From: an uncultured virus (IMG/VR IMGVR_UViG_3300044631_001772)
Taxonomy: Duplodnaviria; Heunggongvirae; Uroviricota; Caudoviricetes
Reading direction: 5' to 3' (one strand)
IMG/VR virus record: IMGVR_UViG_3300044631_001772
Coordinates: 1-64,000 of that record
DNA length: 64,000 nt
The notes beneath the pieces are model-generated. The model was given only the letters and a program-made list of their open reading frames with translations. It made no database searches and was not told where the DNA came from. The position numbers were made by a program, and so were the translations under genes. Each line of letters starts with the position of its first letter. Within the stretch, counting starts at the first letter, position 1. This document shows positions 56,320 through 64,000 of this stretch, piece by piece.

Positions 56320-56889
56320 ATGAACTCAAAAGAACTTCGTGCCCTTCAAGAAGCCTATCAGCAAGTTTATTCTTCTCAAGAGGAAGTAGAGCAACTTGAT
56401 GAAGGTAGAACAACGAGTCTCAGTGCTCTTTCACGTGAATCTCAAAAGCGTAAAGAAGATAAGGAAAGAGGAAGACCAGAAACTAAGTCTGAAACTCACG
56501 GCAGATTAATGTTGGGTAAATTCCGTCCAGGAGCTTCTAAAGAGGAGAGAGCAGAAGGTGGTCGTGAGAGACTTAGAGATAGGGGAAAAGTTCCTAAAAA
56601 AGGCGGTAAAGATATGTTTGAGCATATCTTGGAGCACCTAGTTGCCGAAGGTTATGCTGACACCAACAATGCAGCACTTGCTATTATGGCAAACATGAGT
56701 GAAGAGTGGAGGCAGAGTATTATTGAGCAAACCGCAAGAATTGATTATGTTCAGGATAAATTTAATCGTCAAAATGCTGAAAAATCTGGATCAGGTCTTA
56801 CTTATATTCCAGGAAAACAAAATGCTGGACAAGCATTACAAAAGGCCAAAGAGTCTGCAAGACAAATGGGAAAACTTGAAGGTGCGTGA
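56320..56889 (+). CDS. late hypothetical protein of the same motif family
   Basis: TATAAATA 56293-56300; EAYQQVY, MFEHILEHLVAEGYA..AIMANMSEEW. Confidence 0.75.
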   Translation: MNSKELRALQEAYQQVYSSQEEVEQLDEGRTTSLSALSRESQKRKEDKERGRPETKSETHGRLMLGKFRPGASKEERAEGGRERLRDRGKVPKKGGKDMFEHILEHLVAEGYADTNNAALAIMANMSEEWRQSIIEQTARIDYVQDKFNRQNAEKSGSGLTYIPGKQNAGQALQKAKESARQMGKLEGA

Positions 56890-56912
56890 GTCCACTTTTT
56901 AAACTGGTACAT

Positions 56913-56939
56913 AAGAGGGTTTCACCACCCTCTTTTTTT
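56913..56939 (+). terminator. intrinsic terminator embedded in an early-type promoter unit
   Basis: AAGAGGGT-ttcacc-ACCCTCTT plus T-run, between CCACTTtttaAACTGGTACA (56892-56911) and TATGAT 56941-56946. Confidence 0.8.
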
Positions 56940-56951
56940 GTATGATAAATA

Positions 56952-57010
56952 GTTGAACCTAATACGACGGCAATCTGTTAGGATGGTTAAGGCACTTTCG
57001 GGTGCCTTTT
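56952..57010 (+). ncRNA. putative small RNA or leader (about 55-60 nt) complementary to the endonuclease 5' UTR
   Basis: promoter-like TATGATAAATA; 14-nt complementarity 56959-56972 to 57027-57040; terminator AAGGCACT-ttcg-GGTGCCTTTT. Confidence 0.5.
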
Positions 57011-57046
57011 CCTGTATAAATACTTATGCCGTTGTATTAGAGTAGG

Positions 57047-57766
57047 ATGAAAAATCCAAAAAGATTTTATACTTACGCTTATTTGCGTAAAGATGGAACT
57101 CCTTATTATATTGGTAAGGGCCAAAGAGATAGGGCATATAGTAAAAATCACATCAATATTTTTGTTCCACCAAAAGAACGGATTTTGTTTTTAAAGAAAA
57201 ATCTTTTAGAAGAAGAGGCATTTAATCACGAAAAGTATATGATTGCTGTTTTTGGTAGAAAAGATTTGGGGACAGGTATTCTGCATAATAGGACAGAAGG
57301 TGGTGATGGAACATCAAATATAAGTGATATTACAAAGGAAAAAATGAGACAAAAAAAACTTGGTAAGTCCCTATCTCAAAAACATAGAGAAAAATTGAGT
57401 AAAGTTAGAAAGGGAAATAAAAGATGGAATAATGGTATAAAAGAAAAACTTTGTAAAGAATGTCCTGGTGATGGTTGGGTTCTTGGAAGAATTATATCAA
57501 ACAAAGTAGGTGTTGAATATGGTAAATGGAATATTGGTAGAAAAGCAACACCAGAAACTTTAAAAAAACTTTCTAATAGAAGTATAAAATATGAATATAC
57601 AATTCAAAGTCCTGATGAAAATATTTTCATTACTAATAATATGAAAAAATTTTGTGAAGAACATAATTTAACTGCTCGTTTAATGACTTCTGTTGCTCGT
57701 GGTAAGTATACAAACCATAAGGGTTGGAAGGTTGTGACAGTTGAGGAACTGGATAAAAAGGTGTGA
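57047..57766 (+). mobile_element. free-standing GIY-YIG-like homing endonuclease with NUMOD3-like motifs
   Basis: FYTYAYLRKDGTPYYIGKG..R, NRTEGGDG, SQKHREKLS; TATAAATA 57015-57022; AT-rich. Confidence 0.85.
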
Positions 57767-57790
57767 AGCGTTTTAAAGTTACCGTATAAT
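57734..57790 (+). promoter_or_regulatory. early-type promoter unit for the CobT-like gene
   Basis: GTGACAGTTgaggAACTGGA inside the endonuclease 3' end; TATAAT 57785-57790. Confidence 0.65.
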
Positions 57791-57813
57791 ACTCACATAT
57801 CGCACACAACCAA

Positions 57814-59961
57814 ATGTCCGTTAAGTTTGAAGTCAAAGGGTCCCTTGCTCGTTTATTGGCGACGGAGGACCTTGTGGTGGAACATAAAAAGGTAGAAACT
57901 GCTTGTTTTAATGTCCATACAAGGGTATTGACCTTACCTATGTGGGAAAAAGCGAGTGATAATATTTACACCATGCTTGTCCTGCACGAAATTAGCCATG
58001 CCCTTTGGACCCCAAATTATGATTGGACTAAAGAATGTAAAGTCCCAGCGACTTTTGTAAATATTTGTGAGGATGTGCGTGTAGAAAAACTTTGTAAAAG
58101 AAAATATCCAGGTTCTCCTAAAAGTTTTTATAGTGGTTACAAGGAACTTGCCGATGATGACTTCTTTCAAATCAAAGATGATAATGTAGAAACTTATAAC
58201 CTTGCTGACCGTGCAAACCTGTGGTTCAAGATTGGCAATTATGTTGATGTGCCGATTGAGCGTGGTGAAGAGACTGAGATTATCAAACTGATTGCTAATA
58301 CTGAGACCTTTGCTGATGTGTTAATTGCTGCAGAAGCATTGTATAAGTATTGTAAGCAAAAGCAACAGGAAGAAACCAAGACTTCTCTGGATAGTCTTGA
58401 GTTGCAACAAAGTGGTGCCGATAATCAACCTGCTTCTGATTTTAGTGATCAGGAGCAAGGTGAGAGCGATCAACCTGAAACTGAGGGTTCTGATCGTGCT
58501 TCCTCTTCTGAAGAAAATTCTCAGCAACAGCAACCTACGAATGAAGGTGGTGAGAAGAATGAGGAACCTGAAGTCAAAACGATGGAGTCTCTTGAAGAGG
58601 CACTGAAAGAACTCGTCGGTACTAACCCTTATGAGAATGTTTATCTTGAACTGCCTCAACTTGATTTGACTAAAGTTATTGTTCCCAATCAAGAGATTCA
58701 TTCCAAGTGTAAAGAATCTTGGGATGACTTTCTTACAAGAAATGATTATAAGTATGAGAATATCTTTGGTGAAGTTGATAAGCAGTATTTTGAATTCAAG
58801 CGTTCTGCTCAAAAGGAAGTCAACTATCTGGTGAAAGAGTTTGAGTGTCGCAAGGCAGCAGATTCCTATGCACGTGCATCAACTGCCCGTACTGGCGTTC
58901 TGGACTGCTCCAAACTGCACACTTACAAGTATAATGAAGATATCTTCAGGAAGGTTACAACTCTTGCTGATGGTAAGAATCATGGTCTGGTGTTCGTTCT
59001 AGACTGGTCTGGTTCTATGTCCAATGTGATGCTGGATACTGCCAAACAACTCTTCAATCTTATTTGGTTTTGTAAAAAAGTTGCGATTCCGTTTGAGGTC
59101 TATGCCTTCACCACTGATTATCCTCTTGTAAAGTATGATGTAGATGGTAAGGCAAACATTCGTGAACTTGCCTACAAGAAGAAAGATGGTCTTGTTCAGG
59201 TGGGTGAATGGTTCTCTATGATGAATCTTCTCACCAGCAAAGTGAATTCAAACACTCTGGAGGAGCAGATGAAAAATATCTTTCGTCTTGCTAAGTCATT
59301 CTCTTATAATTCTCACTGCTACTATTCTACTCCTCTTGGAATGGGACTTTCAGGCACTCCCCTGAATGAGGCACTGATTTCTCTTCACCAGATTCTGCCT
59401 AAGTTCCAGAAGGAGAACAAACTGCAGAAAGTTCAGTGTGTGGTTTTGACTGATGGTGAGGGTTGCCTTGTGAAATATCATCGTGAGGTTCAACGCCGCT
59501 GGGAGGATAACCCCTTTATGGGCACTGCTCATATTGGATCTAATGCCTTTCTTCGCGATCGTAAGACTGGAATGACCTATTCTTGTGACTATGAGCATCA
59601 GGATTTCACTGAGGTTCTTCTTCACAATTTGCGGGACAAGTTTATTGATATTAACTTTATTGGTATTCGTGTTCTTGAATCTCGTGATGCTGGCGCTTTT
59701 ATTCGTCGCTACTGTGGATATTATGGTTCTGAGTATGATAAGGTAACGAACGCTTGGAAAAAAGAGAAAGCATTTATTCTTAAGAATTCTGGTTATCATT
59801 CCTACTTCGGTCTGTCTGCAAACACTCTTTCTCAGGAATCTGAGTTTGCTGTTGCTGAGGATGCAACAAAGGCACAAATTAAATCCGCATTTGTGAAAAG
59901 TCTTAAAACTAAAAAAATGAATAAGAAAATTTTGGGTGAGTTTGTGGAACTTGTTGCTTGA
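57814..59961 (+). CDS. CobT-like protein: HExxH domain, acidic linker, VWA domain
   Basis: LHEISHA..ED.RVE; VLDWSGSM MIDAS, GTPL, LTDGE; near the CobS-like ATPase. Confidence 0.85.
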   Translation: MSVKFEVKGSLARLLATEDLVVEHKKVETACFNVHTRVLTLPMWEKASDNIYTMLVLHEISHALWTPNYDWTKECKVPATFVNICEDVRVEKLCKRKYPGSPKSFYSGYKELADDDFFQIKDDNVETYNLADRANLWFKIGNYVDVPIERGEETEIIKLIANTETFADVLIAAEALYKYCKQKQQEETKTSLDSLELQQSGADNQPASDFSDQEQGESDQPETEGSDRASSSEENSQQQQPTNEGGEKNEEPEVKTMESLEEALKELVGTNPYENVYLELPQLDLTKVIVPNQEIHSKCKESWDDFLTRNDYKYENIFGEVDKQYFEFKRSAQKEVNYLVKEFECRKAADSYARASTARTGVLDCSKLHTYKYNEDIFRKVTTLADGKNHGLVFVLDWSGSMSNVMLDTAKQLFNLIWFCKKVAIPFEVYAFTTDYPLVKYDVDGKANIRELAYKKKDGLVQVGEWFSMMNLLTSKVNSNTLEEQMKNIFRLAKSFSYNSHCYYSTPLGMGLSGTPLNEALISLHQILPKFQKENKLQKVQCVVLTDGEGCLVKYHREVQRRWEDNPFMGTAHIGSNAFLRDRKTGMTYSCDYEHQDFTEVLLHNLRDKFIDINFIGIRVLESRDAGAFIRRYCGYYGSEYDKVTNAWKKEKAFILKNSGYHSYFGLSANTLSQESEFAVAEDATKAQIKSAFVKSLKTKKMNKKILGEFVELVA

Positions 59962-59991
59962 TAAATACTTTCAAGAATTATACTAGGTCTA

Positions 59992-60126
59992 ATGAGTAGA
60001 TTTACAGATTTACTTCAGGAAACACCCCCAGAAGTAACACCAGAACCAGAAGTAAAATCAGAATCGGTCAAGGTTGAAGAAGTTGTTGTTGAAAAACCGA
60101 CAAAAGCAACTAAAAAGAAAAGTTAA
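59992..60126 (+). CDS. small late protein (44 aa, MSRFTDLLQETPPEVTPEPE...KKKS)
   Basis: translated by hand; ATAAATA at 59961-59967 upstream. Confidence 0.6.
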   Translation: MSRFTDLLQETPPEVTPEPEVKSESVKVEEVVVEKPTKATKKKS

Positions 60127-60144
60127 CAATGAACCTTACCTGAA

Positions 60145-60200
60145 CCACTTTTCAAACTGTCACAAGGGGCACTTGGTTGCCCCTTTTTTGTGTGTATAAT
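60145..60200 (+). promoter_or_regulatory. early-type promoter unit with embedded terminator hairpin
   Basis: CCACTTttcaAACTGTCACA ends at 60164; AAGGGGCA-cttggt-TGCCCCTTTTTT; TATAAT 60195-60200 (30-nt gap). Confidence 0.75.
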
Positions 60201-60232
60201 AAGTCTGTTGAAACAAACCACCTAACTACATT

Positions 60233-61363
60233 ATGTCTCGCAAGTCCTCTGTGAACGACGCTCAACTGATTGAATCCATCAAAGAACTTTATGGTTCCGA
60301 AATTACTTCTGGTGACCTGAAAGGTTTCTGTGCTTCTCGTAGTCTCAACTACCAGACTGTGACTCGTCGTTTGGAGCAATTCAAGACTTCTCGTGGTCGT
60401 TGGAATCTGGAAGTGACTCAAGAACGTGTAGAAGAGATTGAACGTTCTTATCAAGCACCTCCCGCACTTCCTGCCGTGGAACAAAACCTGATCCCTGATA
60501 AAGATGATACCTTCGTCAAGTTTGGTAATTTTAACGATATTAAGAAAATTATTTCTTCCAATCTTTTTTATCCAACGTTCATTACGGGTCTTTCGGGTAA
60601 TGGTAAAACGTTCAGTATTGAGCAAGCGTGTGCTCAACTTAAGCGTGAACTGATTCGTGTCAACATCACCATTGAGACTGATGAGGATGATTTGATTGGT
60701 GGTTTCCGTCTTGTGAATGGTGAAACTGCCTGGCATAACGGTCCTGTGATTGAGGCACTGGAACGTGGTGCAATCCTTCTGCTGGATGAGATTGACCTTG
60801 CTTCTAACAAGATTCTGTGTCTTCAATCTGTTCTGGAAGGTAAGGGTGTCTTCCTCAAGAAAATCGGCAAGTTCGTCAAACCTGCTGCTGGATTCAACGT
60901 ATTCGCCACTGCAAACACCAAGGGCAAGGGCAGCGATGATGGGCGCTTCATTGGCACCAACGTGCTCAACGAGGCGTTTCTAGAGCGTTTCCCTGTGACT
61001 CTGGAGCAGTCCTATCCTGCTCCTGCTACTGAGCAGAAGATTCTGGAAGGCATCGCTCTGGACCTTGGGATGGAGGATCGTGACTTCTGCAAGCGTCTGG
61101 TGGATTGGGGTGATATTATCCGCAAGACCTTCTATGATGGTGGTATTGAGGAAATCATCAGCACCCGTCGTCTGGTTCATATCATTCGTGCTTACAGCAT
61201 CTTCAACGATAAGGCAAAGGCAATTCAAGTCTGTGTGAATCGTTTTGATGAAGAAACCAAGACTGCTTTCCTTGAACTGTATGATAAGGTGGATGCTGAT
61301 TTTGTGATGCCTTCACAACCTGAATTGACTGTAGAATACATTGACTATCCTCCTCAAATTTGA
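60233..61363 (+). CDS. cobS: CobS-like MoxR-family AAA+ ATPase
   Basis: GLSGNGKT, ETDEDDLIGG, LLLDEID, ATANTKGKG, NEAFLERF, ISTRRL. Confidence 0.92.
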   Translation: MSRKSSVNDAQLIESIKELYGSEITSGDLKGFCASRSLNYQTVTRRLEQFKTSRGRWNLEVTQERVEEIERSYQAPPALPAVEQNLIPDKDDTFVKFGNFNDIKKIISSNLFYPTFITGLSGNGKTFSIEQACAQLKRELIRVNITIETDEDDLIGGFRLVNGETAWHNGPVIEALERGAILLLDEIDLASNKILCLQSVLEGKGVFLKKIGKFVKPAAGFNVFATANTKGKGSDDGRFIGTNVLNEAFLERFPVTLEQSYPAPATEQKILEGIALDLGMEDRDFCKRLVDWGDIIRKTFYDGGIEEIISTRRLVHIIRAYSIFNDKAKAIQVCVNRFDEETKTAFLELYDKVDADFVMPSQPELTVEYIDYPPQI

Positions 61364-61369
61364 TATAAT
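61341..61369 (+). promoter_or_regulatory. sigma70-like promoter
   Basis: TTGACT 61341-61346, 17 nt, TATAAT 61364-61369. Confidence 0.8.
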
Positions 61370-61398
61370 TGGGGAAGGTAAAAATGTGCCTTCTCTTT

Positions 61399-61752
61399 AT
61401 GATTGATTCGAATTTTACTATTACTATGACTGAAAAAACAAATCATCTTTGGAAATACAACGAAGATAAAATCCTAAAAGATATTCAAGATTACGTGACT
61501 AGCACTTACGGCAGTCACTACTGTGGACATAATCAGCAGTATCAAGACATTCAAACAATTGACTTGATGGCGGCAAAAGATCTTGCACCAGGATTCTGTC
61601 AGGCAAATATCTTAAAATATGGAAGTCGTTATGGTGATAAAGATGGACGCAACAAACGTGATTTGATGAAGGTTATTCACTATGCTATGCTTCTTCTCCA
61701 CTTCGATGGGCATTATTCTCGCAAAGATAATGGTCTTACTGAATTTCGCTGA
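61399..61752 (+). CDS. DUF3310-like protein
   Basis: HY..QTID, FCQANILKYGSRYGDKDG..DLMKVIHY; ATG 61426 is an alternative start. Confidence 0.8.
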   Translation: MIDSNFTITMTEKTNHLWKYNEDKILKDIQDYVTSTYGSHYCGHNQQYQDIQTIDLMAAKDLAPGFCQANILKYGSRYGDKDGRNKRDLMKVIHYAMLLLHFDGHYSRKDNGLTEFR

Positions 61753-61754
61753 TT

Positions 61755-62441
61755 ATGAAACTTCCGAACAAAACTATGAAACTTTCTGACAATACTCTCG
61801 CACTTCTCAAGAACTTTGCTGGTATTAACAACTCGATTCTTGTGAAACAGGGCAATCGTCTTCGCACGATTTCTGTGGCAAAGAACATTCTTGCCGAGGC
61901 AGAGATTACAGAAGACTTCCCCCGTGACTTTGCGATTTATGATCTCAACCAGTTTTTGAATGGTCTGAGTCTTCATCAGGACCCTGATCTTGATTTCACT
62001 GAGGGATCTTACCTAAGCATCAAAGAAGGCAAACGTCGTGTGAAGTATTTCTTTGCAGACCCCAATGTGATCATTTCACCCCCCGATAAGGACATTCAAC
62101 TTCCTTCACAAGATGTTTGCTTCCAACTGGACAGCACTTCTCTGGAGAAACTGGTCAAGGCAGCAGCAGTATATCAACTCCCTGATCTCTCTGCGGTTGG
62201 TGAGAATGGTGTGATCAAACTGGTGGTTCGTGATAAGAAGAATGATACTTCTAACGAGTATGCCATCGTGGTTGGTGAAACTGACAAGGAGTTTACCTTT
62301 AACTTCAAGGTAGAAAACATCAAGATTATTCCTGGTGCCTATGACGTGGTAGTGTCTTCTAAACTTCTGTCACAGTTCACGAATCCTAAGTACAACCTCT
62401 GCTATTATATTGCTCTGGAACCTGATTCTACTTTTGGTTAA
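61755..62441 (+). CDS. gp45: sliding clamp gp45
   Basis: MKLSDNTLALLKNFAGINNSI, FAIYDLNQFL, YYIALEPDS; ATG 61776 is an alternative start. Confidence 0.96.
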   Translation: MKLPNKTMKLSDNTLALLKNFAGINNSILVKQGNRLRTISVAKNILAEAEITEDFPRDFAIYDLNQFLNGLSLHQDPDLDFTEGSYLSIKEGKRRVKYFFADPNVIISPPDKDIQLPSQDVCFQLDSTSLEKLVKAAAVYQLPDLSAVGENGVIKLVVRDKKNDTSNEYAIVVGETDKEFTFNFKVENIKIIPGAYDVVVSSKLLSQFTNPKYNLCYYIALEPDSTFG

Positions 62442-62863
62442 TGGAATTCTTACTGTATCTTACTCCTCAAGCAAAAGATATTCTTAATCAAATCTATCGA
62501 GCAAAATATTCTGTTCTTGAAAATTTTGGATATTGTAGGAGTAACAAAAATCTTTTTGGATATGCAGATTTTGATAAAAAATTCATAATATGCACCAAAA
62601 ATATTAAACGCAGTGGATTTGATCCAAAATTTTATATTAATGAAACTGTTTATCACGAAGGTACTCACGTTGGTCATTTTTGTAATGGATACAAACCATT
62701 TGGAATATCACTAAATGATATGCCTCTTCCATCCAATAAACTTCAAGATATTAAAAATTCTTTAAGTGCTTCTACTGCCCCTAGAAGAATTGAACACGAA
62801 GCATATTGGATGGAAGATAAACCTAACGAAGTTAAATATGTACTCCAAAAGTACTGTTTCTGA
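62441..62863 (+). CDS. HExxH-containing hypothetical protein (zincin-like)
   Basis: ETVYHEGTHVGH with downstream EHEAY. Confidence 0.65.
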   Translation: MEFLLYLTPQAKDILNQIYRAKYSVLENFGYCRSNKNLFGYADFDKKFIICTKNIKRSGFDPKFYINETVYHEGTHVGHFCNGYKPFGISLNDMPLPSNKLQDIKNSLSASTAPRRIEHEAYWMEDKPNEVKYVLQKYCF

Positions 62864-62864
62864 T

Positions 62865-63059
62865 ATGAATGAAACTAAAACAAGTTTGCCAGTTTTTATC
62901 ACAAGTGATTGGGGGAAAATCTTTGGTTTTGTTTGGCATAATCAAGGATATTGTACTCCAACTGGTTTTAGTGGATATTGGGATGAACCAACAAAAAGAA
63001 CCTGGACTATTATGCCAAAAGGAGTATTTCCTTTTGTGAGATTTGATAGAGTGAAATAA
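62865..63059 (+). CDS. small Trp-rich hypothetical protein
   Basis: ATG 1 nt after the upstream stop; 64 aa. Confidence 0.55.
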   Translation: MNETKTSLPVFITSDWGKIFGFVWHNQGYCTPTGFSGYWDEPTKRTWTIMPKGVFPFVRFDRVK

Positions 63060-63110
63060 CATTTGTAAGTTTTCTTTTTATAAATACTTATACAGTTAGA
63101 AGATAATCAA

Positions 63111-63692
63111 ATGTATTGTTTGGAATGTAATTCTATTCTTGGCAAAAGACAAAGAAAATTTTGCTCTCGCAAATGTATGAATGTATATAATGCAAGAGAA
63201 TTTGGTATGAAACACCGAGAAGAAAATCCAAACAGATACAAAGTTTGCAAAAAGTGCAATCAATCACTAAATCTTAATAAGTTTAGTTTAATTGAAAAAT
63301 GGAATGTTAATTCTGGAACAAAAGACATTTGTAAGAAATGTTCTACAAAAATAAGACAAATTGAAAAATTAAACAGAGATTGGAAAGTTGATGCTGCTAA
63401 ACTTCTCTACAAAAACATCAAATCAAGATGCAAAAGAACTGGAAGAGAGTTTTCTATTGAATTGGAAGATATTATAATTCCAGAAAAATGCCCTGTATTT
63501 GGATTTGAGTTAAAAAGAGAAGACAAACAAACTTGGATGTATGCTCCGAGTGTAGATAGAATTGACAGTTCCAAAGGTTATATAAAAGGAAATGTTACAG
63601 TTGTCAGTAGAAGAGCAAATATCTTAAAGAGAGATGCTACAGTTAAAGAGTTAGAACTACTTTTAAATTATTACAAAACTTTGAGGAACTAA
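63111..63692 (+). mobile_element. free-standing HNH-type endonuclease with zinc fingers
   Basis: CxxC..FCSRKC, CKKC..CKKC, CPVFG..PSVDRIDSSKGYIKGNV..S.RAN; TATAAATA 63079-63086. Confidence 0.8.
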
Positions 63693-63694
63693 CT

Positions 63695-64000
63695 TTGAAT
63701 ATTTTTGTCACTTCACCATTTCCAGCAGAAAGTGCTATCGTACTTCCTGACCGTCACGTAACGAAAATGTCTCTTGAGTGCTGCCAAATGCTTTCTATCG
63801 TGGCATCTAAGTGGTATCACAACTATGGCACTCTTCCTAAAGCAGATGGAACCTCCTATGCAACTGAGAAGGGTGCCTTTCGCAATCATCCCTGCACTCA
63901 ATGGGTAGCAAAGACTATTGACAATGCCTACTGGTTGATTAAGCACGGGATGAATCTCTGTGATGAGTACACTCTGCGATACGGCAAGCAGCATTCGTGT
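63695..64000 (+). CDS. pyrimidine-dimer DNA glycosylase (DenV)-like protein, runs off the window end
   Basis: TTG start after GAGGA; NIFVT..D.H..KM.LE..QMLS..NHPCTQW; absent from the track because it has no stop in the window. Confidence 0.75.
   Translation, partial: MNIFVTSPFPAESAIVLPDRHVTKMSLECCQMLSIVASKWYHNYGTLPKADGTSYATEKGAFRNHPCTQWVAKTIDNAYWLIKHGMNLCDEYTLRYGKQHSC

Noticed and set aside
58321..61228. Long antisense ORFs (163, 175, 224 and 82 aa) opposite the CobT-like and cobS genes
   Set aside because: Shadow frames of strongly biased sense codons, with no motifs or expression signals noticed.
1..64000. tRNA genes and photosynthesis genes such as psbA or hli
   Set aside because: No cloverleaf seen in the short intergenic gaps and no such proteins among the ORFs; tRNAscan-SE would be needed to exclude tRNAs formally.

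Overview
A 64-kb segment of a T4-like cyanomyovirus (Kyanoviridae-type). All credible genes are on the + strand. 1-1860 is a GC-rich island of short genes, most behind a repeated promoter unit (palindrome, about 30 nt, -10 box, CAGTTCA); it ends in a palindrome-rich non-coding stretch with an abrupt switch to AT-rich DNA. Next come a glycosyltransferase/ATP-grasp-like/speD cluster and the baseplate module (gp25, gp6, a 4592-aa gp7, gp8, a 2397-aa structural protein). These are followed by neck, tail, terminase and head genes (gp13-gp23, gp3), uvsY, uvsW, gp55, gp47, gp46, a GIY-YIG-like homing endonuclease, CobT-like and CobS-like genes, gp45, an HNH endonuclease and a partial DenV-like gene. 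Most notable: (1) a probable gp21-processed capsid-cargo system, comprising a modular polyprotein and several late proteins with T4-like capsid-targeting leaders, one an RlpA-like enzyme; (2) two 7-repeat beta-propeller-like inserts in gp7; (3) a probable small RNA complementary to the homing-endonuclease leader; (4) an NblA-like ORF missed by the ORF track; (5) back-to-back promoters sharing one -35 upstream of gp55; (6) a basic mini-ORF whose terminator precedes its stop codon. No tRNA, CRISPR array, intron, intein or reverse transcriptase was seen. Family calls come from recalled motifs and gene order, not database searches.
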